Positions 12,141 to 26,027 of a stretch of 64,000 nucleotides of DNA are shown one piece after another. How positions within the stretch are numbered: position 1 is the stretch's first letter; each line of letters starts with the position of its first letter. The position numbers were made by a program, and so were the translations under genes. Source of the DNA: Nemertoderma westbladi (Eukaryota; Animalia; Xenacoelomorpha); assembly GCA_032718475.1 (NCBI GenBank), contig JAUCBJ010003156.1:1-64000 (forward strand), in the 5' to 3' direction. Under the pieces are notes generated by a model. It saw nothing but the letters and a program-made list of their open reading frames with translations. It was not told the DNA's origin and searched no databases.

Positions 12141-13040
12141 CTCGTAAAACATAGATACTCTCGAAATTTTGATGACAGGAACTCCAATTTCATTTGCACA
12201 GTATTTTCGTATTTCATATTCTGTCCGTATCATGATTCTAAACATTACATGGTGGTTGGGACTGAGTTGTGGTGCAGCCGGTTGTGGGTACAATACAATT
12301 AATATAAACAATTATTAATACAAAATTAAAATATTAACTAGCAAACTTTAGTGCAATCTAACTTTTATTAATTTAGCTGGATATAGGGAATTTACTTAAT
12401 AAACCTATCTCCGCGCACTGTGCAATAATACAATCTCCCTTTTATGCCAATATACATTCGTCCTACATGCTAAAAAAAATATTTTTTACTTATTCTTATA
12501 ATATACTTATTCTTCTTTGCCATATCCGATCAGACGTAGCGTCAGTAACTAACTGTTCCTGACAACCACTGGTCGACTGACCACCGGCTTGCTCGGTGGA
12601 TGGTTTATAAGCCCAGTGGAGACAGGCAAAACGCGCAAAACCCGCCTTGGCAAATTAATATCCCGCCTTAATGTTAAATTCTCAATTTAGGGAAAGGAGC
12701 AGGTTACAGTAGCACGATATTTTAACTAAAACAATAAACTAAACACAATAGTAATCAGAGTAAATCAGCTGTTATTTGCGTCCAATTTCCCCTGGAGCGG
12801 GATGAATTTTTATTGCGTCCAGTTCCCCCCCCCCCCCCCCCCTGGCCCAGTGATAAGCGAGCCGAGATTACCATATCGAAAAGTTTAGAAAGGCCATTAT
12901 CGAAATTCCCCTATAATTGTTACAACTGAGCGAATCCCACTTCTTAAATAAATAAATCAACTTTACTTTGGCCATGCTATAGGAAGGGTACCAGTTTCAA
13001 TTACAACGTTGAATAAAGTAGTAATTCATATCACCCAGTT

Positions 13041-16000
13041 TATAGGTAGAACATTCACAATTCCAGGTCCCAGGACTCATTCCTGTTTGGGGGCCTCCAT
13101 CCCATAGGCCTACTAATACTATAGGTAGAACATTCACAATTCCAGGTCCCAAGACTCATTCCTGTTTGGGGGCCTCCATCCCATAGGCCTACTAATACTA
13201 TAGGTAGAACATTCACCATTCCAGGTCCCAAGACTCATTCCTGTTTGGGGACCTCCATCCCATAGGCCTACTAATACTATAGGTAGAACATTCACAATTC
13301 CAGGTCCCAAGACTCATTCCTGTTTGGGGGCATCCATCCCATAGGCCTACTAATACTATAGGTAGAACATTCACAATTCCAGGTCCCAAGACTCATTCCT
13401 GTTTGGGGGCATCCATCCCATAGGCCTACTAATACTATAGGTAGAACATTCACAATTCCAGGTCCCAAGACTCATTCCTGTTTGGGGGCATCCATCCCAT
13501 AGGCCTACTAATACTATAGGTAGAACATTCACAATTCCAGGTCCCAGGACTCATTCCTGTTTGGGGGCCTCCATCCCATAGGCCTACTAATACTATAGGT
13601 AGAACATTCACAATTCCAGGTCTCAGGACTCATTCCTGTTTGGGGGCCTCCATCCCATAGGCCTACTAATACTATAGGTAGAACATTCACAATTCCAGGT
13701 CCCAAGACTCATTCCTGTTTGGGGGCCTCCATCCCATAGGCCTACTAATACTATAGGTAGAACATTCACAATTCCAGGTCCCAAGACTCATTCCTGTTTG
13801 GGGGCCTCCATCCCATAGGCCTACTAATACTGTAGGTAGAACATTCACAATTCCAGGTCCCAGGACTCATTCCTGCTTGGGGGCCTCCATCCCATAGGCC
13901 TACTAATACTGTAGGTAGAACATTCACAATTCCAGGTCCCAGGACTCATTCCTGTTTGGGGGCCTCCATCCCATAGGCCTACTAATACTATAGGTAGAAC
14001 ATTCACAATTCCAGGTCCCAGGACTCATTCCTGTTTGGGGGCCTCCATCCCATAGGCCTACTAATACTGTAGGTAGAACATTCACAATTCCAGGTCCCAG
14101 GACTCATTCCTGCTTGGGGGCCTCCATCCCATAGGCCTACTAATACTGTAGGTAGAACATTCACAATTCCAGGTCCCAGGACTCATTCCTGTTTGGGGGC
14201 CTCCATCCTATAGGCCTACTAATACTATAGGTAGAACATTCACAATTCCAGGTCCCAGGACTCATTCCTGTTTGGGGGCCTCCATCCCATAGGCCTACTA
14301 ATACTATAGGTATAACATTCACAATTCCAGGTCCCAGGACTCATTCCTGTTTGGGGGCCTCCATCCCATAGGCCTACTAATACTATAGGTATAACATTCA
14401 CAATTCCAGGTCTCAGGACTCATTCCTGTTTGGGGGCCTCCATCCCATAGGCCTACTAATACTATAGGTAGAACATTCACAATTCCAGGTCCCAGGACTC
14501 ATTCCTGTTTGGGGGCCTCCATCCCATAGGCCTACTAATACTATAGGTAGAACATTCACAATTCCAGGTCCCAAGACTCATTCCTGTTTGGGGGCCTCCA
14601 TCCCATAGGCCTACTAATACTGTAGGTAGAACATTCACAATTCCAGGTCCCAGGACTCATTCCTGTTTGGGGGCCTCCATCCCATAGGCCTACTAATACT
14701 GTAGGTAGAACATTCACAATTCCAGGTCCCAGGACTCATTCCTGCTTGGGGGCCTCCATCCCATAGGCCTACTAATACTGTAGGTAGAACATTCACAATT
14801 CCAGGTCCCAGGACTCATTCCTGCTTGGGGGCCTCCATCCCATAGGGCTACTAATACTGTAGGTAGAACATTCACAATTCCAGGTCCCAGGACTCATTCC
14901 TGTTTGGGGGCCTCCATCCCATAGGCCTACTAATACTGTAGGTAGAACATTCACAATTCCAGGTCCCAGGACTCATTCCTGCTTGGGGGCCTCCATCCCA
15001 TAGGCCTACTAATACTGTAGGTAGAACATTCACAATTCCAGGTCCCAGGACTCATTCCTGTTTGGGGGCCTCCATCCCATAGGCCTACTAATACTATAGG
15101 TAGAACATTTACAATTCCAGGTCCCAGGACTCAATCCTGTTTGGGGGCCTCCATCCCATAGGCCTACTAATACTATAGGTATAACATTCACAATTCCAGG
15201 TCCCAGGACTCATTCCTGTTTGGGGGCCTCCATCCCATAGGCCTACTAATACTATAGGTAGAACATTCACAATTCCAGGTCCCAGGACTCATTCCTGTTT
15301 GGGGGCCTCCATCCCATAGGCCTACTAATACTATAGGTAGAACATTCACATTCCAGGTCCCAAGACTCATTCCTGTTTGGGGGCCTCCATCCCATAGGCC
15401 TACTAATACTATAGGAGAACATTCACAATTCCAGGTCCCAGGACTCATTCCTGTTTGGGGACCTCCATCCCATAGGCCTACTAATACTATAGGTAGAACA
15501 TTCACAATTCCAGGTCCCAAGACTCATTCCTGTTTGGGGGCATCCATCCCATAGGCCTACTAATACTATAGGTAGAACATTCACAATTCCAGGTCCCAGG
15601 ACTCATTCCTGCTTGGGGGCCTCCATCCCATAGGCCTACTAATACTATAGGTAGAACATTCACAATTCCAGGTCCCAAGACTCATTCCTGTTTGGGGGCA
15701 TCCATCCCATAGGCCTACTAATACTATAGGTAGAACATTCACAATTCCAGGTCCCAGGACTCATTCCTGTTTGGGGACCTCCATCCCATAGGCCTACTAA
15801 TACTGTAGGTAGAACATTCACAATTCCAGGTCCCAGGACTCATTCCTGTTTGGGGGCCTCCATCCCATAGGCCTACTAATACTATAGGTAGAACATTCAC
15901 AATTCCAGGTCCCAGGACTCATTCCTGTTTGGGGGCCTCCATCCCATAGGCCTACTAATACTATAGGTAGAACATTCACAATTCCAGGTCCCAGGACTCA

Positions 16001-19000
16001 TTCCTGTTTGGGGGCCTCCATCCCATAGGCCTACTAATACTATAGGTAGAACATTCACAATTCCAGGTCCCAGGACTCATTCCTGTTTGGGGACCTCCAT
16101 CCCATAGGCCTACTAATACTATAGGTAGAACATTCACAATTCCAGGTCCCAGGACTCATTCCTGTTTGGGGGCATCCATCCCATAGGCCTACTAATACTA
16201 TAGGTAGAACATTCACAATTCCAGGTCCCAGGACTCATTCCTGTTTGGGGGCCTCCATCCCATAGGCCTACTAATACTATAGGTAGAACATTCACAATTC
16301 CAGGTCCCAGGACTCATTCCTGTTTGGGGGCCTCCATCCCATAGGCCTACTAATACTATAGGTATAACATTCACAATTCCAGGTCCCAGGACTCATTCCT
16401 GCTTGGGGGCCTCCATCCCATAGGCCTACTAATACTATAGGTAGAACATTCACAATTCCAGGTCGCAGGACTCATCCTGTTTGGGGGCCTCCATCCCATA
16501 GGCCTACTAATACTATAGGTATAACATTCACAATTCCAGGTCCCAGGACTCATTCCTGTTTGGGGGCCTCCATCCCATAGGCCTACTAATACTATAGGTA
16601 TAACATTCACAATTCCAGGTCCCAGGACTCATTCCTGCTTGGGGGCCTCCATCCCATAGGCCTACTAATACTATAGGTAGAACATTCACAATTCCAGGTC
16701 GCAGGACTCATCCTGTTTGGGGGCCTCCATCCCATAGGCCTACTAATACTATAGGTATAACATTCACAATTCCAGGTCCCAGGACTCATTCCTGTTTGGG
16801 GGCCTCCATCCCATAGGCCTACTAATACTATAGGTATAACATTCACAATTCCAGGTCCCAGGACTCATTCCTGCTTGGGGGCCTCCATCCCATAGGCCTA
16901 CTAATACTGTAGGTAGAACATTCACAATTCCAGGTCCCAGGACTCATTCCTGTTTGGGGGCCTCCATCCCATAGGCCTACTAATACTATAGGTAGAACAT
17001 TCACAATTCCAGGTCCCAGGACTCATTCCTGTTTGGGGGCCTCCATCCCATAGGCCTACTAATACTATAGGTAGAACATTCACAATTCCAGGTCCCAGGA
17101 CTCATTCCTGTTTGGGGGCCTCCATCCCATAGGCCTACTAATACTATAGGTAGAACATTCACAATTCCAGGTCCCAAGACTCATTCCTGTTTGGGGGCCT
17201 CCATCCCATAGGCCTACTAATACTATAGGTATAACATTCACAATTCCAGGTCCCAGGACTCATTCCTGCTTGGGGGCCTCCATCCCATAGGCCTACTAAT
17301 ACTATAGGTAGAACATTCACAATTCCAGGTCGCAGGACTCATCCTGTTTGGGGGCCTCCATCCCATAGGCCTACTAATACTATAGGTATAACATTCACAA
17401 TTCCAGGTCCCAGGACTCATTCCTGTTTGGGGGCCTCCATCCCATAGGCCTACTAATACTATAGGTATAACATTCACAATTCCAGGTCCCAGGACTCATT
17501 CCTGCTTGGGGGCCTCCATCCCATAGGCCTACTAATACTATAGGTAGAACATTCACAATTCCAGGTCCCAGGACTCATTCCTGTTTGGGGGCCTCCATCC
17601 CATAGGCCTACTAATACTGTAGGTAGAACATTCACAATTCCAGGTCCCAGGACTCATTCCTGTTTGGGGGCCTCCATCCCATAGGCCTACTAATACTATA
17701 GGTAGAACATTCACAATTCCAGGTCCCAGGACTCATTCCTGTTTGGGGGCCTCCATCCCATAGGCCTACTAATACTATAGGTATAACATTCACAATTCCA
17801 GGTCCCAGGACTCATTCCTGCTTGGGGGCCTCCATCCCATAGGCCTACTAATACTGTAGGTAGAACATTCACAATTCCAGGTCCCAGGACTCATTCCTGT
17901 TTGGGGGCCTCCATCCCATAGGCCTACTAATACTATAGGTAGAACATTCACAATTCCAGGTCCCAGGACTCATTCCTGTTTGGGGGCCTCCATCCCATAG
18001 GCCTACTAATACTATAGGTAGAACATTCACAATTCCAGGTCCCAGGACTCATTCCTGTTTGGGGGCCTCCATCCCATAGGCCTACTAATACTATAGGTAG
18101 AACATTCACAATTCCAGGTCCCAAGACTCATTCCTGTTTGGGGGCCTCCATCCCATAGGCCTACTAATACTATAGGTATAACATTCACAATTCCAGGTCC
18201 CAGGACTCATTCCTGCTTGGGGGCCTCCATCCCATAGGCCTACTAATACTATAGGTAGAACATTCACAATTCCAGGTCGCAGGACTCATCCTGTTTGGGG
18301 GCCTCCATCCCATAGGCCTACTAATACTATAGGTATAACATTCACAATTCCAGGTCCCAGGACTCATTCCTGTTTGGGGGCCTCCATCCCATAGGCCTAC
18401 TAATACTATAGGTATAACATTCACAATTCCAGGTCCCAGGACTCATTCCTGCTTGGGGGCCTCCATCCCATAGGCCTACTAATACTATAGGTAGAACATT
18501 CACAATTCCAGGTCCCAGGACTCATTCCTGTTTGGGGGCCTCCATCCCATAGGCCTACTAATACTGTAGGTAGAACATTCACAATTCCAGGTCCCAGGAC
18601 TCATTCCTGTTTGGGGGCCTCCATCCCATAGGCCTACTAATACTATAGGTAGAACATTCACAATTCCAGGTCCCAGGACTCATTCCTGTTTGGGGGCCTC
18701 CATCCCATAGGCCTACTAATACTATAGGTAGAACATTCACAATTCCAGGTCCCAGGACTCATTCCTGTTTGGGGGCCTCCATCCCATAGGCCTACTAATA
18801 CTATAGGTATAACATTCACAATTCCAGGTCCCAGGACTCATTCCTGCTTGGGGGCCTCCATCCCATAGGCCTACTAATACTATAGGTAGAACATTCACAA
18901 TTCCAGGTCCCAGGACTCATTCCTGTTTGGGGGCCTCCATCCCATAGGCCTACTAATACTATAGGTAGAACATTCACAATTCCAGGTCCCAGGACTCATT

Positions 19001-21885
19001 CCTGTTTGGGGGCCTCCATCCCATAGGCCTACTAATACTATAGGTAGAACATTCACAATTCCAGGTCCCAGGACTCATTCCTGTTTGGGGGCCTCCATCC
19101 CATAGGCCTACTAATACTATAGGTAGAACATTCACAATTCCAGGTCCCAGGACTCATTCCTGTTTGGGGGCCTCCATCCCATAGGCCTACTAATACTATA
19201 GGTATAACATTCACAATTCCAGGTCCCAGGACTCATTCCTGCTTGGGGGCCTCCATCCCATAGGCCTACTAATACTATAGGTAGAACATTCACAATTCCA
19301 GGTCGCAGGACTCATCCTGTTTGGGGGCCTCCATCCCATAGGCCTACTAATACTATAGGTATAACATTCACAATTCCAGGTCCCAGGACTCATTCCTGTT
19401 TGGGGGCCTCCATCCCATAGGCCTACTAATACTATAGGTATAACATTCACAATTCCAGGTCCCAGGACTCATTCCTGCTTGGGGGCCTCCATCCCATAGG
19501 CCTACTAATACTATAGGTAGAACATTCACAATTCCAGGTCCCAGGACTCATTCCTGTTTGGGGGCCTCCATCCCATAGGCCTACTAATACTGTAGGTAGA
19601 ACATTCACAATTCCAGGTCCCAGGACTCATTCCTGTTTGGGGGCCTCCATCCCATAGGCCTACTAATACTATAGGTAGAACATTCACAATTCCAGGTCCC
19701 AGGACTCATTCCTGTTTGGGGGCCTCCATCCCATAGGCCTACTAATACTATAGGTAGAACATTCACAATTCCAGGTCCCAGGACTCATTCCTGTTTGGGG
19801 GCCTCCATCCCATAGGCCTACTAATACTATAGGTATAACATTCACAATTCCAGGTCCCAGGACTCATTCCTGTTTGGGGGCCTCCATCCCATAGGCCTAC
19901 TAATACTATAGGTATAACATTCACAATTCCAGGTCCCAGGACTCATTCCTGCTTGGGGGCCTCCATCCCATAGGCCTACTAATACTATAGGTAGAACATT
20001 CACAATTCCAGGTCCCAGGACTCATTCCTGTTTGGGGGCCTCCATCCCATAGGCCTACTAATACTATAGGTAGAACATTCACAATTCCAGGTCCCAGGAC
20101 TCATTCCTGTTTGGGGGCCTCCATCCCATAGGCCTACTAATACTATAGGTAGAACATTCACAATTCCAGGTCCCAGGACTCATTCCTGTTTGGGGGCCTC
20201 CATCCCATAGGCCTACTAATACTATAGGTAGAACATTCACAATTCCAGGTCCCAGGACTCATTCCTGTTTGGGGGCCTCCATCCCATAGGCCTACTAATA
20301 CTATAGGTAGAACATTCACAATTCCAGGTCGCAGGACTCATCCTGTTTGGGGGCCTCCATCCCATAGGCCTACTAATACTATAGGTATAACATTCACAAT
20401 TCCAGGTCCCAGGACTCATTCCTGCTTGGGGGCCTCCATCCCATAGGCCTACTAATACTATAGGTAGAACATTCACAATTCCAGGTCGCAGGACTCATCC
20501 TGTTTGGGGGCCTCCATCCCATAGGCCTACTAATACTATAGGTATAACATTCACAATTCCAGGTCCCAGGACTCATTCCTGTTTGGGGGCCTCCATCCCA
20601 TAGGCCTACTAATACTATAGGTATAACATTCACAATTCCAGGTCCCAGGACTCATTCCTGTTTGGGGGCCTCCATCCCATAGGCCTACTAATACTATAGG
20701 TATAACATTCACAATTCCAGGTCCCAAGACTCATTCCTGCTTGGGGGCCTCCATCCCATAGGCCTACTAATACTATAGGTATAACATTCACAATTCCAGG
20801 TCCCAGGACTCATTCCTGTTTGGGGGCCTCCATCCCATAGGCCTACTAATACTATAGGTATAACATTCACAATTCCAGGTCCCAGGATTCATTCCTGTTT
20901 GGGGGCCTCCATCCCATAGGCCTACTAATACTATAGGTATAACATTCACAATTCCAGGTCCCAGGACTCATTCCTGTTTGGGGGCCTCCATCCCATAGGC
21001 CTACTAATACTATAGGTATAACATTCACAATTCCAGGTCCCAGGACTCATTCCTGCTTGGGGGCCTCCATCCCATAGGCCTACTAATACTATAGGTAGAA
21101 CATTCACAATTCCAGGTCCCAGGACTCATTCCTGTTTGGGGGCCTCCATCCCATAGGCCTACTAATACTGTAGGTAGAACATTCACAATTCCAGGTCGCA
21201 GGACTCATCCTGTTCGGGGGCCTCCATCCCATAGGCCTACTAATACTATAGGTATAACATTCACAATTCCAGGTCTCAGGACTCATTCCTGCTTGGCGGC
21301 TTCCATCCCATAGGCCTACTAATACTATAGGTAGAACATTCACAATTCCAGGTCGCAGGACTCATCCTGTTTGGGGGCCTCCATCCCATAGGCCTACTAA
21401 TACTATAGGTATAACATTCACAATTCCAGGTCTCAGGACTCATTCCTGCTTGGCGGCCTCCATCCCATAGGCCTACTAATACTATAGGTAGAACATTCAC
21501 AATTCCAGGTCGCAGGACTCATCCTGTTTGGGGGCCTCCATCCCATAGGCCTACTAATACTATAGGTAGAACATTCACAATTCCAGGTCCCAGGACTCAT
21601 TCCTGCTTGGCGGCCTCCATCCCATAGGCCTACTAATACTATAGGTATAACATTCACAATTCCAGGTCCCAGGACTCATTCCTGTTTGGGGGCCTCCATC
21701 CCATAGGCCTACTAATACTATAGGTAGAACATTCACAATTCCAGGTCGCAGGACTCATCCTGTTTGGGGGCCTCCATCCCATAGGCCTACTAATACTATA
21801 GGTAGAACATTCACAATTCCAGGTCCCAGGACTCATTCCTGTTTGGGGGCCTCCATCCCATAGGCCTACTAATACTATAGGTAGA
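13041..21885. repeat. 79-bp satellite, about 112 copies
   Basis: Monomer GGTAGAACATTCACAATTCCAGGTCCCAGGACTCATTCCTGTTTGGGGGCCTCCATCCCATAGGCCTACTAATACTATA; starts at 13045 and 13124 give a period of 79. Confidence 0.98.
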
Positions 21886-22775
21886 CATATTCCCTGACTG
21901 CACTGCAACCTCGCTGCTCTCTATATTTGTAGGCCAACTTTACTTTACTTTAATATAACAATTCCACGCAGATAATATAAGCATTAACATAAGAAGTACC
22001 GGTAACTATATTTATATATAAAACCTACAAACTCTAAACTTAATAATTATACACTACAGGTATAACTTACTATGAATGTACAGTAAAAAGGCAGTCTTAT
22101 TTTTTATCCAATTGGCTAATAATAATATTTCACTTTATAGGACCCAATTGGAAATAAGCTGCAAACCTTTAGGGGTTAACCTGTTATGTTGGATAGTACC
22201 TATATCTGTGTACACAATACATACATTGTTCGGTGTATTTGTTATTTGTTGTACATGTAATGTATATAAATAAATATATCTATCTATAAACACTCATCTT
22301 ACATTTTGTAGCCTCCTACTAGCTGGTGCGAGATTTCGTATTGTACCGTAATTCTGCAAATTTAAGGGAAAGGAACAGGTAACAGTGACAATTTTTTTCT
22401 AACCAAAATAATAAACGAAACTAGATTTCGTAATTATTGGAAAGCAGCAGGTTACAGTGGCGTGCTTTTCTAACCAAAACAATAAACTAGAACTTAAGAA
22501 TGAGGTTAAAGACACATTTTTGCAACAGGCTGACCTGTAGTTAGCTGATTCGGACATCAAATTACCATATTCGCTATCTAATCAAACCAAAATACTAAAA
22601 CACACTATCAATATACCGGACACCGGTACTATACTATATATTACCGGTAGGCTCTATACACTAGGCCTACATACTAACTGAATAATCTGGCTAGAGGCTT
22701 CATTCCTTCAGGTTTTTAATGATTTAAAGGTTCTACAATACTGTTTACACTGTGTGTGTAGGTGTAGGCCTCCAA

Positions 22776-23077
22776 GGTTCCATCTTGGTGTAGTGGTAGG
22801 GTTCCACCTTGGTGTAGTGGTTGCATTGAATTCACATCTCCTGTAGGTCGTGGTTTCGATCCTCACATGGGCCAGGGCTGTTTTCGTTTCGGCACGAATG
22901 CGTTAAATGGACCAGATAGGGCGCATCTCTGCCTTGCATCCTTAAGTGGAGCTAAGTGAGTACTAGAGTTTCCTCTGGGGAGTAAAGTTCTGGAGGGACC
23001 GCACTGGAAATAAGTCGTCAGACTTTGTGCGTAATCCCTGGACTAACGGCCGAAGAAAATTTACTTTTACTTTTACT
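22776..23077 (+). mobile_element. tRNA-derived SINE, probably with a Deu/Nin-type central domain and a LINE-derived tail
   Basis: A-box TGGTGTAGTGG and B-box GGTTTCGATCC. The central CTCTGCCTTGCATCCTT...AAGTGAGTAC resembles my recollection of the Deu/Nin core. It ends in (TTTAC)n. Confidence 0.8.
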
Positions 23078-23717
23078 AAATCTTTTAAACTCTTCTTTAG
23101 TTGAATAAGAAATTAGTTAGTATTTCAAGTTTCAACTCAGTTGAAAATAGAACTTCTCCCCAACTGACATACAGTTTATTAAGTTACCGGTAATGCAGTT
23201 GCAGTTATACCTCATTTTGTAGTGATTTATAGTGATTGATTTATTGATTCTGGAAGAACAATACTTTTAAATGTTTGGCAGGTGGTGGTTTGTGGTCGGT
23301 AGCCCCCTAACTACTGAACTAAATGAACTGAACACATGATGTTCCAGTAGTGCCTGAGATATACATATATTCACTATAATTATGTTCACAAAAAAACCGG
23401 TGAATTATTAAAAGTTTGCAATACAGCAATGTGTTTCCTATTGTTAATGCTCTAAAATAAGTAGCATTTCACAACCATTAGGGCTGCTTAAGAATTTGTA
23501 TCAGATCCAGTTAATAAATTTGAGCCCACGTATTTACTTGTCAATTTTCCAACCATGTTATTGTGAACTGGGTTATATATATCATCGGGATAAATAAAAT
23601 AAAATAATAGATAGATAGATAATAGATAGATATAATAGATAAAATAAATATACACATATTTAGCTTCAGTAGGATATGAGGCAAACTAGGATATCATGCA
23701 GTGGTACCGTAACTTAC

Positions 23718-23907
23718 TTGCTACGATCGGTGCGGTTGTAAACACATCCGACTCTCTGGTCGTTAGCGATTTTATATTGGCCTGCGTAAATAAGAGCCGA
23801 CGACCTCCAGTGATCCGGTACGATTGAAACTGTCACTGGCGCGTCTCCTGGTAAGAAGAAAGTATAAACTTCATAATAAAATGGCTCAACGCCAACATAT
23901 AAAACAA
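23718..23907 (-). CDS. Putative exon 3 (190 nt)
   Basis: Acceptor TTGTCAG and donor AA|GTAAGT. Open frame VVLYVGVEPFYYEVYTFFLPGDAPVTVSIVPDHWRSSALIYAGQYKIANDQRVGCVYNRTDRS, phase-compatible with exon 1 or exon 2. More GC-rich than its flanks. Confidence 0.6.
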
Positions 23908-24091
23908 CTGACAATGTATATATATATATATATACCGATAAACATTATTGTATCTGCATAAAAAAAACCAAACCACTTCTCGCCCTGTTTTGAATAAAAT
24001 AGTGGGAATAAAATTTTTGAACTTCAAACCAACGCGAGCACAGTCCGGCTTTACAAATAAATTATAAAAATTAGGTACGGGTACACCGGTA

Positions 24092-24281
24092 CGTTGTGAA
24101 TTAAATCAAGCCAATAATAATATAATAGCTAATAATATTTTTTCACGCCGTTGTATCTAATTTTATATAGGCCCTACTGATGACTATACTTAAGTATGAG
24201 CAGATAGGAACATGTTGTTTCTCAGATTCTACCGAAGGAAAACTTTTTTAGCATAATATTGGCTTGATTTAATTCACAACA
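24092..24281. mobile_element. 190-bp MITE with TA TSD, in putative intron 2
   Basis: Perfect 24-bp inverted repeat GTTGTGAATTAAATCAAGCCAATA at 24093-24116 and 24257-24280, with TA on both sides. Confidence 0.8.
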
Positions 24282-24367
24282 TATCTAATTAAAATAATAT
24301 ACATATTACATATATTAATCGAAATTGCAACAACTGAAGAAATTAATAGCAATTGATTGAGACTCAC

Positions 24368-24460
24368 CGAAATTAGGTGTTACTGTTAAATCGATGGCTT
24401 GGTGCCAGCCAACGATAACATATATACCACATTGGTAAGTATGGCAGTACCGGTGGTCAA
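24368..24460 (-). CDS. Putative exon 2 (93 nt, phase 1-1); acceptor reads CAA instead of CAG
   Basis: Open frame DHRYCHTYQCGIYVIVGWHQAIDLTVTPNF ending at G|GTGAGT. It is preceded by a T-rich tract and a CTTAAC branch-like motif. Confidence 0.45.
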
Positions 24461-24523
24461 TTGTACAAATAAATAAACAATACCGTTAAGCATTACTGGG
24501 TTTCTAGAACATGAATCGATTAC

Positions 24524-24641
24524 CTTGTAGCTCAATAGAGCTTCCATCTTTATATTTCATGTTAAACGATTGGCTTAGAATAAATCCCAAGTTCAAAATA
24601 ACAACTCCCACCACACCACTCCACTTGCAGATTAATCTCAT
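24524..24641 (-). CDS. Putative exon 1 of a secreted or membrane protein gene (signal peptide)
   Basis: ATG at 24641. Translates MRLICKWSGVVGVVILNLGFILSQSFNMKYKDGSSIELQ, with a basic N-region and hydrophobic core, then a phase-1 donor AAG|GTAATC. Confidence 0.55.
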
Positions 24642-25256
24642 CTTCGAATTCTCAAACTAAATTATATACTGCGCGCGTATTTGTACAGTATTGAACAACT
24701 TCTGGCAACTAAACAACACGTATTATGTATGATAGAGTTATACTTCTAATATAGGCCTATATATCTACATAGAATATATAATTATATTATAATATATATA
24801 TATACCGGTACCGGTATACAGGTATATAATATGTGGCGTTCCATGCCAAGTAGAAACTCGAGAACGGAGAACTCCAGAACTCAGTATCCAATAGTCTTAT
24901 ATTAGTTTATGTTGTTACAGTATAAGCACTTCACTTACTGACTTAAGCAGCTATTTAGTTACGTAATAGTTAGGCAAGGCCTATTCGAGAACGAGAACAC
25001 AAAATTATTTAACATTGAGTAGGCAGTAAGGAAAGGAACCATAAGGAGTTGGAGAGAGCAGTAATTTGAATTTCAGTTTAACTTAACTATGGCTGTGTAT
25101 GGTGTATGGAAGCAATATAGTAAATGTACATTTATGTACATTGTACATTTACCGGTATGTACATTTAAATTTATTTTGTAACCACTTTATCGCTCTATTT
25201 TTTATTAAAGAATTGATCAACAAAATAGTATCAATAATTTAAGAATAAAATTACGT

Positions 25257-25425
25257 ATTACATCAGTACATGGTAGAAAAACGTACCGTAGAACATTTTT
25301 TTTAACATTTTTTTTCAATATTCTCTGACTCTCGATCCATTTTTAACCTCGGTGATGCTCGGTCAATAAAAAGCTTCGAGAATAGTGATAAAATGTTCTA
25401 CTTTTTTCCCATGCAGCCATGCAAT
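25257..25425. mobile_element. Degenerate short MITE
   Basis: CATGGTAGAAAAACGTA(CCGTA)GAACATTTT is an imperfect inverted copy of AAAATGTTCTACTTTTTTCCCATG. Confidence 0.55.
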
Positions 25426-26027
25426 AAATAATTATTACATTCAGTAATATTGGTAATTTGCATACAGGCATAGGCAGATACGCCTAGTGGACTGTCACTC
25501 TGGGTCTGTCAGGCCTATACCTATGTACAGATGTAATATGTATATGTAATAGTAATACAATAATGAAGGATTACAAAACAATGTCAATCACCTCAACAAT
25601 GTTAGATGGACCTACCAAAACCGTAGTTCTTCTTACAGTAGTAGGCCTACCGTCTGACCGTAGCCGATTTTCTCCCTTTCTTTTAGCAGTTTAGTAAAAA
25701 CTAAATTTTTTTGACAAATTTTATAGGCCCCTACATTTAAAAATAAAATTGAATAGGCAGATTATGACTTTGGCACTTTAGTGTCAAATTTTTGCAGAAT
25801 TTTTTTTTAAATTCGGTTCGGTTCTGGTTCGGCAAAATTTTAAATTCGGTCGATCCATAGACTGATAGACCTGACCACCTAGGCCTACCGGTCAGCCGGT
25901 TCTGACTGACTGACCTACATACCTATCTGCCTATAGCTGTATACAGGTATCAGGTATAGCCAATAGCTGTACCGGTACCTGTAATGAAGCAATGCTGTGT
26001 TGTATCTGTGTATAGCCAGATAGCCGT

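Noticed and set aside
15188-21908. Many near-identical 74-110 aa ORFs
   Set aside because: They arise from 1-bp deletion monomers in the 79-bp satellite and carry no coding signal.
12958-21946. CAACTTTACTTT on both sides of the 79-bp array as a possible TSD
   Set aside because: It is a low-complexity word lying 50-80 bp from the array edges, with no TIRs or other element hallmarks.
22800-22875. tRNA gene
   Set aside because: It has A and B boxes but no convincing cloverleaf, and it continues into a SINE body and tail.
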